A DNA stretch of 60,465 bases, the filler included, from Sphacelaria rigidula (Eukaryota): NCBI GenBank assembly GCA_964200075.2. It is 8 parts of 8 records of this genome, joined end to end, with 100 filler letters (N's around TTAATTAATTAA, not from the genome) between each part and the next. Parts side by side here need not be neighbours in the genome. Positions count along the whole stretch, not along the records: positions 22,714 to 30,184 come from CAXNAA020014778.1; positions 30,285 to 37,755 come from CAXNAA020014779.1; positions 37,856 to 45,325 come from CAXNAA020014780.1; 5 more parts are not named here. One strand, 5' to 3'. Shown one piece after another: positions 25,994-38,869 of this stretch. The notes below the pieces were generated by a model, which ran no database searches, was not told the DNA's origin, and was given only the letters and a program-made list of their open reading frames with translations. Both the position numbers and the translations under genes were made by a program. Positions within the stretch are counted from its first letter, which is position 1. Each line of letters opens with the position of its first letter.

Positions 25994-27370
25994 AAGGTGG
26001 ATCCTATCCCGCTTGTAGTCGAACTATCCACCACTTGTGCCGTTACCTATGATGCACTTGCATGAAGAGCTTGTGCATTTGTAGGGTCTGAATACGTACT
26101 TGTAACCGCGTTTACTTGCTTGTTACATGGATGCTCCACATTGCTATTATCCGCGTCATGTCATTATTACACCCCGTGCCATTGCTCCTATTTTGAATTT
26201 ACACTCTGTATCATCATGGTTGGTTTTTCTGTGCAGTGCACACCACCTTGACTGTCCACCACTATCATTGAACTGCCGTCTAGATCTACATTCACGCGAA
26301 TAATGACCTATTACTACACTTGGAACACCTCATTTTGCGTACTCTTTTCTTCCGAGAATATTCTCCAAACGATGCTGTAATGAATACTGACTCCACCTAC
26401 AGCGTTTTTCTCTGATTTGCTACGAGCAAAACGATATTCCGCATAGTGGATTCGATCTGTGACGGGCTGAAATCAGGATCTCGTTCAGCATCGTACTTGA
26501 TTCGAATATTATCGTTTGTCCTTCGATGACTACATGTGCTAACCGTTCATCACTCACACTCCCATTCATATTAATTCGTCTCTGATTTGGTATGAATTTG
26601 AGAGAAATACATCCGTGTCCTCATCGTGCGACATGGTTGAATTGTCCAACTGCCTCATCAGAATTCGACGTCTTTGTTTGGACGAAATCTGGTACGTTGC
26701 ATTGAGCTTTTTCTACCATCAGCTCTATCGGCGCTCTGTGGTTCCAAACTCCGCAAAAAGCTATTGACAGGTCCGGTTGTAGTCAGGTACGAAATATGAA
26801 ACAGCACTTGATGTGAAACAGCACTTCATGATTGCGATCGTAATCAGGTACCTCCTTTGCATTACTGACATGTCGCACGTGGGCGTCAGTACTTTATTCC
26901 TCATGTAGAATCCTGACTTGATGAGACGGCTACTCTTACTGTCGACATCTCCTTTACAGACGTTTTTGTTCCTGCTCCCGTTGGAAGGCTTCTAGAACGT
27001 GTGGCTACAGGGCTTATCTCGACGTACTTCCAGCACTGGGTTGCGGGATTCCTACATCCCGTCGCTGCCTTGGCTCATGAATTTCTTCGGGTCGATTTCT
27101 GCCGTTGATAATTTCCGAAATTCCCGGGTGTGTCGGTGAGACCACGGCTCGAACGGACCGTTTCCACTCGAGGAAATTTGCTCGTTGAACTTACTGAGAC
27201 TCCCTCATGACTTCTGTAACGGATAGCCGTCCAGATCAATTCATCCGTTACAATCTGTGTTACTTCTGTTCACACCTCATTATTTCTTCCACCTCTTCTT
27301 CGTCTTCGCGACGGAACTACTCTATCCACACCTCATTGTTTCTCTTGACGTCCTAACTGACTGACGGGAC

Positions 27371-27569
27371 TGTAATGCGTGGGAGGACCGCGTGCTTAGA
27401 GGACCGCGCCGTGGTTCGGAACACCGAGGGATTCATGTTTTTCAAAACTAATCGGGACAGTCCCCGCAGGCAACACGCCCCTCACCATAACCCCAACCCT
27501 GACCCCAGCCGTGGGGATGTTCAAATTCCGATGCGGTCCTCTGAGCACCCGGTCCTCCCACGCATTACA
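27371..27569. mobile_element. Second copy (inverted) of the TGT...ACA MITE, nested in the Copia
   Basis: TGTAATGCGTGGGAGGACCGCG...GGTCCTCCCACGCATTACA. The interior is the reverse complement of 23017-23235. Confidence 0.8.
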
Positions 27570-28571
27570 GGCACCACGCTGCTTCCCTGCTGTAGTACGA
27601 CGTCCTCGATGGGGCGTCCTGGCTGCTGGTGCCGAAGACTACCGTACTACACTGTAGTCACACAAAAAAAACCTAATGACGTTGTGAGGCTCTAACCTGC
27701 TACGTGAGGCTGATCAACCTGTCACAGTACCTGTAAACGAGGCGAGTGACCTGTTGACATACACTTCACTATCGTGGCTTGTGTATGAAATCCACACTGC
27801 TTAACTGTCAATAGACACGAACAATCGGTTCAACTTGTGAACCCAGCTCTAACGAGAGAGCTCGCAGAGGCTGCACAGTGTTGGTTGAACACTCGTTTGT
27901 GCGAGAGAGAGGATGCTTGGAATTGCCGCTTTATCTGGGCGTCACTTGGATCAAACACACAAAACCCGTGGTTCCTCATGAAGGCAGAAACAGATGACGA
28001 GCTGATGGGGTTGCCTGGGGTGGGTCGTTTTGGAGAGTAAAGAACGTGGGGCTATTCCACTCTCTATTAATGAGCAGATGGGCACTGTCCATCCAAACTG
28101 TCCATACCTCAGACTCTTGGTACTTGAACTTTCGATATTGTCTCATGTATACGAGCTATACAGTACATGAGCTATTCATGATTCTACGATGGATACCCCA
28201 CACACTGCACTACCTCGGTTATTCGGACGATGTTGACTCTAACGATAAGCCGTTACTGTTTTTCCCGCTAATCGCGAGTAAGTGAATTCGCCGAACTGTC
28301 ATTTTTTGATCTTCCAACACCATGCCGTAGCCAGCGCTGACGGCAGCAGTGCAATTCGTCACTACGTGCCGCGCGTGTAGAGACGAGACGAGCGTCCACA
28401 CGTTCCCAAGATACTATTGAGAAAAGCGGTAGGTGCACCATGTTTGCCGCAGTGGTGCGACACCCCGCAATCCCTCGAGATTTATGCCTTGCCCCCCGTC
28501 CGTTGCTCCCACGTCGACCCCGCGCCATGTTGCCGCTGCGTGTGCGGGAACTCCGTCCACTTCCCCTGCAG

Positions 28572-30184
28572 GAAAAATCAAGTTGCCTCCTACACCAACA
28601 GCGGCCCCGACCGCCACGCCGGCCCCAACCGCCACGCCGGCGCCGACAGCGACGCCGGCGCCGATTGCGACAACGCAGCCAACGCCAGCCCCGTCGGAGG
28701 AAGGCTTCATCATCCTTCCGATTCCTGGTAAGAAAGGAGTGTCGAATGAATCGTTTGTCCCACGGTGATGCCACGTGTCGCGACGAGTAGCGTGTAATTT
28801 GCGGGTTGCGGGAAAACATGATGCCACGCCACCGTCGATCGGTGACTCTGCGTTGGCGATTCCTCCCGCAAAATGCTGCCGTGCCCAGTGATGCTCCCGT
28901 GCCCAGTGACTCCGTTCGGCCCGGTCGCTCGGGGGTGTTCTCGTCCAGCTATAGCCCAGTCGGGGTGTACCGTGTGCTCGTTTTACACAGCTGACCTGGT
29001 GGGAACCCTCTCGCTTCTGGCCGACCGTGTCGTCATTGTCGCTTGCTCATACGCACGGTAGGAATCCCCGGGCTCGCGATCGGCGGCGGAATTATCCAAA
29101 TCGCAGACCTGGTGGTCGGCCAGACCATTGTTGTCCTCCTGGTGGACGCGACTGGAATCCCGGTTGGGCAAGTCACCGTCGTGGTGATTTTGAATCGAAG
29201 GCTGACGGAAACAACCGGAGGAGAGCAAGCCATCTCAGCGGGAAGTGAGGCGTCCCGCGGTCTTCAGCTCCGGGGGGTAATCAATGTGAGCAACGTGGTG
29301 CCCACCGCGGGCTTACCATACGCCAAAAGGATCTCGATGTGGTTTCCTGTCTCACGGGAGCATGTACTGTGGCCCTCGAGCATGGGTTGAGGCCATGTTG
29401 GCGGGACGGCGTGTACAGGGTCTGATAGCTGTGTCGCCGATTTCGTTGTCGTCGTGCACGTTTGCGCGTAGCATGGTGGGCCGCGGTGCCACCTCTTCTC
29501 GTGGGAACTTTGATTGGGGGGACCCAGTACGATCACGAGCGCGAAGAGCAGGGCACAGGTTGGGTCGTCGTTGCTCCCGCTCATCGGTGTCAGCGATTGG
29601 GGACAGTAGCAGCCGTCGAAATGCCTCGTGCTGATGGTGGACACTATTTTGGACTAGCCGAGCACGCCCGACGAAGCAATGGGGAGACAATGATACTAAC
29701 CCCGACTGTTACCGGCCCGCTCACGACTTTCCATCGACGCGAATGCCGCTGTTTTTTTTGTCCACGTATCGCAGGTGAGGATAGACATCGTGAGCGTGAC
29801 AATCTACCGCCGGGGTATGCAGGTGGCCGAATTGAACCCCTTCCTGGTCGCGACCGTCAATGGCCAGGTCGTCCTTCGCACCCCGCCTGTGTTTGGCACC
29901 TTCACTCCCGTGTGGACCCCGTCGCAGACCTTCCCCGTCTTCTGCAGGAGCGCGACGCGCATCTGTGAGGTACAGCTGCTCCTGTTAAACGCGAACCCTC
30001 TCCCGACCTCGGCGCCAACCGCGGTGCCGACCCCGGTGCCGAGTCCGACGCCGATGCCGTCGCCAGCGACCAACACTCCCGGGAATGGCGGTAACAGGCC
30101 CGGGAATGGCGGTAACGGGCCCGGGAATGGCGGCGACGCACCCGGGAACAGCGGTGACGCACCGGGGAACAGCGGCGACGCACC
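28572..30184 (+). CDS. Partial gene: tandem C2-like domains with Pro/Thr- and Gly/Asn-rich insertions
   Basis: Exons 28572-28727 (phase 1-1, PTATPA repeats), 29062-29285 (GLAIGGGIIQIADLVVGQTIVVLLVDATGIPVGQVTVVVILNRRL...RGLQLRGVIN) and 29775->30184 (VRIDIVSVTI...NPFLVATVNGQVVLRTPPVFGTFTPVWTPSQTF...PGNGG repeats). All junctions are GT-AG and in frame. The gene is open at both ends. Confidence 0.7.
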
Positions 30185-30696
30185 NNNNNNNNNNNNNNNN
30201 NNNNNNNNNNNNNNNNNNNNNNNNNNNNTTAATTAATTAANNNNNNNNNNNNNNNNNNNNNNNNNNNNNNNNNNNNNNNNNNNNTTGTTGATTTATGGCG
30301 CCGGTGCGGAGGGGGGGGGGGGGGGGGGCTTTGCATCATCGTGATGATATCAAAACTTGAGAGAAACCTTGCATGGTGCGGACGAATCACCGCCGGTTCA
30401 GATCACCAAATCCACGATTTTTTCAGGCCTAATTGCCCAACAAAGAGAGAAAAAGTTGACCGATGTTCAATCAGAGAGGTCTCCACGCAATTTTTGCGCC
30501 ATTCCACGTGCCTGGGCTGCGCGTTCCTGGGTTGCAATGCTGAAAACAAACCCTGTGGATTGATTCGTACGATACGAATCAGACTAAAATCAAGTAATTT
30601 CCGGACGAATCATTGATTCGTCCGACACTCTTGGAACCTTGCGTCATTATTCTTCATGGTGGACCAGAGACGAAAAGGGAGGCCCCTTACGCTTTT

Positions 30697-33369
30697 TCAA
30701 GATGACGAGGCCAAACGGCGCATATCCTTGTTGTTGAACACTGCCACCTCCTCTTCTGGCTCTGATCCTAGCTTCGACTCCGCGTCTCTCACCATTGCAG
30801 CGGCGAGAGTTTCCGCTGGCATCTGCATCAAGGTGAAAACCGGACACACGCGTTGAGTCAAGACACCCCTTACCTATAGAGGGGCTAAACAAGCGATTCG
30901 TTAGGGCGCCATCACAGGCTCCATCACCTGCGCTAGAACAAGCACTCGCTTAACATAATCATGGACACACCATACAGGCTGCGCCCACGATCAGACCCCA
31001 CAAAGTGCCGCCAGCGATTCTTGAGAGTTGGGACCTGACAAAATGAATAGAGGAGCGAATCGACCATTTGGAGGCCATCCATGCTCGGGGTGTCTTCATG
31101 TTTTCCACATTTTTCAAAGGTTGGGCCTGTTCCTAGGAATACCCGAAATAAATATCTACATTCATCCCTGAAAAAAAACACACACACAGAATAAGTGAAA
31201 ACACCGCTGGGCTTGACCTTCAAATGGTAGGTGTTCTCATCGTGTGAAGTTTTCAGGTCGCCACGCTCACCCCTCGGGTGAATTAAGCAACCGAGATAAA
31301 GAGATTTCCAAGCGCGTGCAAATATCATACATCACAGCAGATGTTTTCCCTGATGTTAGTGTTGGCCATAAGTTCCGAACGGTGGCTGCGAGCGATGAGC
31401 CTACACGGGTGTCGTTATTGCCGCCGTGATGCCAGCTTCATGTTGTCCACCAGTTTTCATCGCAATCAGAACATAATTCGAGTATATATATATATATATT
31501 TAATTTCTTGTACCAAGCCGTCTATGGCTACCACCAGCAAATCGAATCTGGCGTCTCAGGATAATGTGATGAAAATGCGATCTGAGCTACATAGTTACAG
31601 GAAATCTACTTCTCATTCTACTTTCCTCTGTTGCTGTTCGTCCTCGTTGTGCCGGAGACATTTTTTTCAGGTAAAGAAAACTGGAACCACCCTGAAACGA
31701 AAAAGCTCCCTCGCCCACTCGAGATTGAATCTTTTCACTCGCCATATTTCATCAGTGTTACAATCATGGTTTCAACTAAACGCTCGGGCCGCTATATTAG
31801 AGATACGAAAACGACATGGTCACGAGCTCTCATCTTGGGCAGGGTCATGCAACTGACCTATACACGTCATATCGGGTCCCGGTGCGATATATGTAGGAAT
31901 TTGTGTCTGGCTTTTCAAGCACATCCCTCATGTTTTCACACATCGGACAGATCATGATCTGTCTGGAACAACTCATGAAAGAGGACTCTCGAGTCCTTTG
32001 GTCCAAAAACACAAAATATGTGACCGCAGGGTCGGTAAAGCCAAAACGCAACATTTGCACCACTCGGCATGCTCAGCGTCCGGCGCCGTAAAGGGACAAA
32101 GATGAAGAAGGGGGGTCAAATGATCCGGATCAGATACTGAGAAGAAGTAGTTGTCAGACGGATCATGATCTGTTCGAAGTGCGCATGTTTTACTCTGAAT
32201 TTTCCATTCGAAGTAGTGCGATGTTTTACTCTGAATTTTTCATTTGAAGTAGTGCGAGGTATTTCCTTCAGTCGAGGCACTACACCCAAAAAATATTTCA
32301 AGGCGGCATTGACGGGGAGGGGATGGGGGTAATCTAAATCCTAGTTATTTGGCGGTCAGGCGTAAGCAGATCTCTGAAGCTGAAGATGGTTCACCGTGAG
32401 AGTATATTACTAGACCAAGAGCAAGGATGTACACTGTTTTCGAGATTTTGCGACGAGTTGCCCGCGAGTCAGAAACATCGATTCGATGTGATGTGAAGGC
32501 ACCGTTGACGAGGTCGAGTTTTCAGGTTACGTGAAGACCGCAACGGAACGTAACGGGGCGGGGGATAGGAAAATATCCATGCACCTAGTCAGCTAGTTAC
32601 CCACGTACTGTGGATCACTCCTACAGCTAATGCATCTACTTGCCAAGACTTCGAAACTGCGTCATGGTTTCTGTCAATATCTTTCCAAGGCTAAAAAAGG
32701 AGGGGATAGTGCAGACTGAGAGATATGCCACCACTTATTAACCCTTTGGGAACTAGAGAGCTGATTTTTGTTTTGAGGATGTTTGTGAATCGGCATCATT
32801 TTGACTTGAAAATCAACTACGATGTTACTGATTCACAGAAACTAAAATCAGCACTCCCTGTGGGTCTAGTTCCCAAAGAATTACAAGAGGAAGATGACGC
32901 ACGCTTCTTAACCCTTAGACCGCGAGGGTAGGTCACCTGAATCATGCATCCTCTTTCCAAGTGAAATTGATGCCAATTCAACAGGTGACCTACTCTCGCC
33001 GTCGAAGGGTTAACATTCTTAGGCCGTTTCTTGTTCCTTGACAGCAAGTCGAGTCCCGACGACTTATGCATTCATGTGGCATACAGCGCGGGTCTCGTCA
33101 TGGTGCAATCGGCTGCCAACCGCGTATGACCGCACTATTAGGGGACCTCGCACTGTGCTGGTGAATTGCGCATACTTGAATTTAACAGTGTAGCGGCTCG
33201 GAGTTGTGAAGAGCGAAATTGGCCGTACTGTAATGGGACCCCACTGTATCCACCTTACCGGCGTGACGAGAAGACGAGCCATCTTCTCTACCCCTCTCGC
33301 CTTCTCCCCTCTGCCCAGCAGGCCCGGCCTCCAAATGGTGGTGTGTGGGTATCCTGCTTCCTTCACCAC
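30697..33369 (-). CDS. HTATIP2/TIP30-like (atypical SDR, NAD(P)-binding) protein, last two exons
   Basis: Exon 33369-33259 encodes VVKEAGYPHTTIWRPGLLGRGEKARGVEKMARLLVTP. Exon 30822-30697 encodes MPAETLAAAMVRDAESKLGSEPEEEVAVFNNKDMRRLASSS*. Both are phase 0 with canonical splice sites. The RPGLL..R..E and A.AM motifs are typical of this family. Confidence 0.75.
32912..33009. mobile_element. piggyBac-type micro-MITE (98 bp) in an intron
   Basis: TTAA|CCCTTAGACCGCGAG...GTCGAAGGG|TTAA. Confidence 0.8.
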
Positions 33370-33833
33370 CTTTCGAAGAGAGCCACACACACACATATCA
33401 AAAACGAGGGAAGGACCAAAAAACGACAGAAAAAACAGAACGAGGGCAAACGAAGGACAGGACGAAGTTTCCCAGAAAAGATTAGATGAATATATAAATG
33501 TACGCACATTTGCTCATCAAGGAGAAGAAAAAACAGAGACGTTTAAACATTGTAGGGCGTCTGTGATGGGTAGGACAAGAGCATTTTTATTTCAATGAGC
33601 CCCGTAGGTGATATACTTGGATTATAGATCGATAAGTCTTGGAGTGGTGCGTCAATGGCTTTAGCGCGGTGAGCATCCCCAGCACGGTCTCGAACACTAC
33701 TACTCCCCGACGAGCTTCGTCAATATCATGCAGTATGCACGTTGCGCATGATATATATTACGCTCTCACTTTATCAAACACATGAATACTGCATTCTTGT
33801 ACTGCTCCATGCATGTGTGCTCAGCATACTTAC

Positions 33834-34853
33834 TCTTTCGATGCTCTGGGCGCCTACAGTAGCACGCGCTTGAGTTGCATGCCTACTGATCCCTCTACTG
33901 TCGCCGTCCGTAGAATCTCGCTGCCGGGACGGGGTTAGTGAAGGGTCGGATGACTGTTCTTGTCCAGATCGTCCCAACCGTGCCTCATGACTCAAACTAT
34001 CGGAGGGAACGGTGGATTCTGGAGCACGTACAGTACCAACAGAAGAACCGTTCAATGCAGCATGTTCACCAGCTCCAGCATCACCACCCCCAATACCACC
34101 ACCACCTCCACCCTCTGGAGCACGACCCGCGCTCAGCGACGAAGTCTCGACAAGTGGTTTGCGATAAGTACCATCCCCGCCAGCACCCGCATCTGCCCCA
34201 CCACCCAAAGGTGTAGAACATACTGGAGCAACGCCAGTGGTATCTAGAGAGGAACTTTCCATGACTGGATCATGACCAATTCCTCCACCGCCACCGCCAC
34301 GAGATTGACTGCTGCCAGCCCCGCCAACGGGTGAAAAAAGACGAAATCTTCTCGAAGGCGTCGAAGGCGTCTTGTCGGCAACACGAGAAGACACCTCTGG
34401 GTTGTTTCCATGACTACCAAAAGAAAAAGCGCGTAGCGCTCGTCGTAGACGGGAAGGGGTTGGAGGTGGGCGACCCTCAACGTTGGGGGCATGCCCGGGT
34501 TGGCTTTGGGGGGGATTGCCCTCCAAATGTGGGGTAGTGGGCTCTCTGCTTGAAGTTTGCGCGGGCAGGAAACGTAGGCTTCGTCGGGAGGGGGTTGATG
34601 GCGGTCCCTCATTGCGTGGAGTATGACCAGGCAAAAAGCGTAGACTCCGTCGGGAGGGGGTTGTTGGGGGTCTCTCCCGGTGTGGGCTCGGGCTAAGTAA
34701 AAGGTGTAGGGCCCGCCGTGCAGAGGACGGGGTTGAGGGAGGCGGTCTCTCCCTGTGTGGGATATGGGGAGGATGGTCGAGGGAATCGCTCGGAGCAGTG
34801 TCGGCTGGTGCTGCTGCCGATGACGATGCCGATGCCGATGCTTGGGTTTCCTT
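33834..34853 (-). CDS. 1020-nt symmetric (phase 0-0) exon encoding a 340-aa disordered Ser/Pro/Gly-rich segment
   Basis: Acceptor TTCTTCAG|AAG at 34853 and donor AGA|GTAAGT at 33834. The frame has no stops and extends ORF 33774..34634 upstream. It contains repeated P[ST]TPSRR motifs. Confidence 0.6.
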
Positions 34854-36899
34854 CTGAAGAAGGTGTTGAGTACCCGATCAGTCATGGGAGACAAAGAGGT
34901 GAACACAAGAAAACACAAGGCACAGGCATTCAAGAATCGGTGTGTTGTGTTCGTTGTACTTTAGTTTGTGGCTATCTTCCTTGTCCATCTAACCGAACGA
35001 TCAACCATTCTCGGGGCTCCTTTATTATCATTATAGCATCATCATCATCATCATCATCGTCGTGCTTATTTCTCGTGTTCCTTGTGCTTAGCCCTTGGCT
35101 CTCCTTCATGCAGCCAAGTCATGTGCTACCACCTCTGGTACAGAATAATATCACCGACCGCCTCAAATTACATCCCGACACGTGCATGGTCCTGAAGAGA
35201 GTCACCAACGTATCATTGACCACCTGCCTCTGGGAACGACAACCCCGCTTCTTTGACTTGCAACATTTACAACCGTCCCTCCCCCGTCCAAAGTGGTACA
35301 TGCAACACGAATTCGGGCCGACCATGCAGGTTCGATTACCGCAGAATACGCTGTACAGAACCCGTACGTGGTAGACGATGACGCCCCCCCTCCCCTCCCT
35401 GAATGACAACTGATCAAAATTCGGTTGTTGTTGGCTCCATGTCGACATCTACAGTGTTGATTGATTGATTGTTGCACGTTGACTGACGCCCCAGGAATCC
35501 AGCCATGATCATATGATAGACAAGAAGCGTACCCGAGGCAAAACAAAAACTGAAACACTCGCTGAAGAAAAAAGAAGAAGCAGAAAAAGTGGAACAGATA
35601 TTATTAGTAGACGAAGGCATAAAATAGAAAATAAATAGAGAAAGCGAAAGAAGAGAAAAAAATGGTCGGCCTCTGCCACATGGCTTCGGCGGAGAAGGTC
35701 TTCTGCGCAGAACCACACCCATACCCAGTGGTAAAAAACAAAACGCGGCGAAAAAGGAAAAGATTGCGGATCATGTACTCCGATCGCTCTATGTAGAGTG
35801 TGGATCCTCTCATCCATGAATAGGGTACGCAAAATACCACCCCCTCCCGAATACCATCCCCGTATGATGGCTTTTCGGGGCCCCAAAAAATGAATGTCAT
35901 CTACCCAGGGTACACAAAATTCGACTTAACGGTCGACGAGGGAAAGGGACTGCTGAACACCTCTCGCGATAAAAAAAGGGCTGGCACCCCAGAAGGCAGG
36001 TGGAGTACTAACAAAAAAAAAACTGTGTTGACCTTCCTCCTGTGTGACCCCGGCTGGTGCGTCCACATTTACCGAAAGGTGTAGACCGGCGTCCAGAATA
36101 GATGGGACGATAACACACACACACACACACAAACCCGGGATACACACTCATATACACCGTATTCTGCGGTGCCGATTTTGTGCGTTTCCGTCGTCGTTCG
36201 AAAAATGAGGATGCGCGAGTGAGTTGGCGCAACACCTGACAAAAGTCGACGGGCTGCGTGATCTTGCAGATCTGACGCTTTATGGTGCATCAAAAGAGCA
36301 AGGCAACTATCGGAGGGAGAGGGAGAGGGAGGGGGGGGGAAGGGGGGGAAGGGGGGGAAACAGGCCAATACTTCGAGAATACAGAATCGTCCAGAGGAAA
36401 GGGGATAAATTGAACATACGATAAGAAAAAATTATATGTAGAGCAAAATACGGGGGAGTGCACTCCTCCGAGGTCGTGTTCCGTAGGGAATAAAGGCTAA
36501 AATCCGGGCATCTACAGAAGTAAAAAAAGAGGCGTTTTTATTGGTATTGGTCGTTCTGAACCGTAACGGAGTGTTCGGAACACTGCTAGCACGGTTTTTG
36601 AAAAAATCGTTCATCCTGATATTACTGATGGGTCACATGCACACAGAACCCGCACTAGCATAATAAGTAGAAGCCCCCTCGATACCCTGCCGAATCATAC
36701 CAGAATAACCGGTAGACATTTCGGTATGGCACAGGATGCCAACCAAGGAAAAGAAGAAAAAAAAAATCGGGTATACGCTACGGAACACAGCCTTGCACCC
36801 CTCCTCCCCCTTCGAGATAAATTAACCAACCTGGATTTCTTGCGTTGATAAAGTACCATGTACAGGTGCATCTGAAGCAAAGCAGTTCGTAACAGTGAC

Positions 36900-37245
36900 T
36901 CGACAAATCTTGGCGTAGCAAGATCGATGCTACGGTAGGGTTGCACAAATATTTTATGACGCTAGAATTTTTGGGAACCCTCTATATAATCCAAAGCACG
37001 ACTTATGAAATATGCGACAGTACGCCAGGATTACTATTTTAGTGTCCTCGGGATATCCCGGAATTATTTGCTCGACAAATCTCGGCGTTGCAAGAGTGAT
37101 GACGGTAGGGGTGCACAAATATTTTCTGAAGCTAGAATTGTTAGGAGCCCTCTATCTCATCCAGAACACGACTCATGAAATACGTGGGAGTACACCAGGA
37201 TTACTATTCCAATGTGCTAGGTTTATCCCGAAAGTATTTTCAAAC
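36900..37245. repeat. Tandem ~172-bp repeat, family also at about 11310-11490
   Basis: CGACAAATCT...CACAAATATTTT...CCAGGATTACTATT occurs twice. A reverse-complement match lies in a ROCO intron. Confidence 0.75.
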
Positions 37246-38869
37246 GGGCATGCCCTGGCCAATATTATTGTACATCTAGAATCGTTAGGAGACCCAAACC
37301 CGACAAGATTTTGTGCAAAAAGTGCGCCCCCTACCCAGGCATTGCACGCAAAAGTTATCACCGATGTGTAGGACGGAATCCAGGACGAGGACGCTTCCCA
37401 CACGGGAGCACTGCATTCAAACTTAGTACGAATGGGTTGTGGGCAAGAACCAACGTCCTCTCCTTGCGGTAATACTCAACAGGTGGCGACATATATGCGA
37501 GCATAATTTGCGCCGTTCATATAACAAATGCAAACCTTGAACGGAGCAACGTTATGGTAGGAATTGCAGAATTACATCCGTGCAAATGGTGATGAATGAT
37601 TTTCGAATGATTAGTAACTTGCCTTGTACCTTGTGTGAAAACAGTAGTCACCGTGGGAGTAGGAGGGGGGGGGGGGGGGGGGGGCCACCCGCATTCTGCG
37701 CATACTTTCGAGAATGTTTTTTTGTGTTACAAAGAGTTTGGTATCACAAGAAGAANNNNNNNNNNNNNNNNNNNNNNNNNNNNNNNNNNNNNNNNNNNNT
37801 TAATTAATTAANNNNNNNNNNNNNNNNNNNNNNNNNNNNNNNNNNNNNNNNNNNNGTCCTTCTGTCCCTTCCGCTTTTTCCCTATCCATGCGTACTCTTC
37901 AACTTTGCATCCTATTTCTACCCCCGCTTTGGGTGGGGGAGAGGTCAATGTAGTCGGGAACTCTGCATTGCCCTGTCGTGTGCTACACCCTCACCATATC
38001 TGCCATAAAAAAAAGCGAACACCTGCTGCACTGCAGTCAAATATGGCAGAGAACAACGAATTATAAACAGCGAGGTATAGTCAACTGCACAGCATAACAT
38101 CGCACAACAACATAAGTACAGTGCGGCACGATAGAGGTAGACTTCACTATTGTAAGATATACAAGAATCGGACGGGGCCGCCTATCGGCGGCCCCGTCCT
38201 CCACGATAGGCGTGGAAAGGGATTCATTGAATTTGGGAGATGGTAAAGGCAATGACTCCTACCAAGAGGTTGAGCCGAAGATTGGATATCTGTATCGGTT
38301 ATGAAACTATGTTATATGTGATGAGTACAAGATGGAAGATCCGACACGGGTGTAATGTTTGATCCGTTCGTTCGCGCAATTTCTTACCCTTTCAGGGCGT
38401 GTCTTAGGCCAACTCTAATGGGAGCCGTTCAAAATTCCTGCTTAAAACTGCCTTTTGGGCCCCTCGTCCGTCGCTTTAAGCCCGAAAAGAGGGCTAGACG
38501 CACGTTGACGCCTTGGAATGACTTGCTCTACTCGTTGAGGCCGTTCTAGGTCAACTTTGCATTTCCCGCTGGCCGCACTTTCATTTTTGGCCAAATCAGG
38601 CCAAACACGGATGTTCAGTATAAGACGGTCAGGTGATCAAAATTTTCCCCTGTTTTTTTATCGCTTGACTGTCTTTTGTTGAAAATCCGTGTTCGGCCAA
38701 AAATAAAAGTGCCACAAGCGGGAAATGCAAAGTTGCCCTGGAACAGCCTCAATGAGTAGAGCAAGTCATTCCAAGGCGTAAACAGCCGCCTAGCCCTCTT
38801 TTCAGGCGAAAAACGACGGAGGAGGGCCAAAAAGGCAGTTTTGAAGAGGAATTTTGAACGTCTCCCATT

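Larger units (their letters stand above)
24774..28319 (-). mobile_element. Ty1/Copia LTR retrotransposon, internally deleted and degenerate
   Basis: Direct-repeat LTRs at 24774-~25193 (partly deleted) and 27698-28319 (TG...CA). TSD CCACG/CCATG. PBS-like GGTTAGAGCC follows the 5' LTR. Gag Zn knuckle (CSKC..GHYSREC) and WCALHRKTNHDDTEC at about 26200-26330. Protease IVDVGAATH...VPKLGQHLFS at 25592-25993. No integrase, RT or RNase H seen. Confidence 0.88.

Noticed and set aside
28991-29061. Frameshifted exon implying the C2-like gene is a pseudogene
   Set aside because: The alternative acceptor at 29060-29061 keeps the frame intact, so no frameshift is needed.
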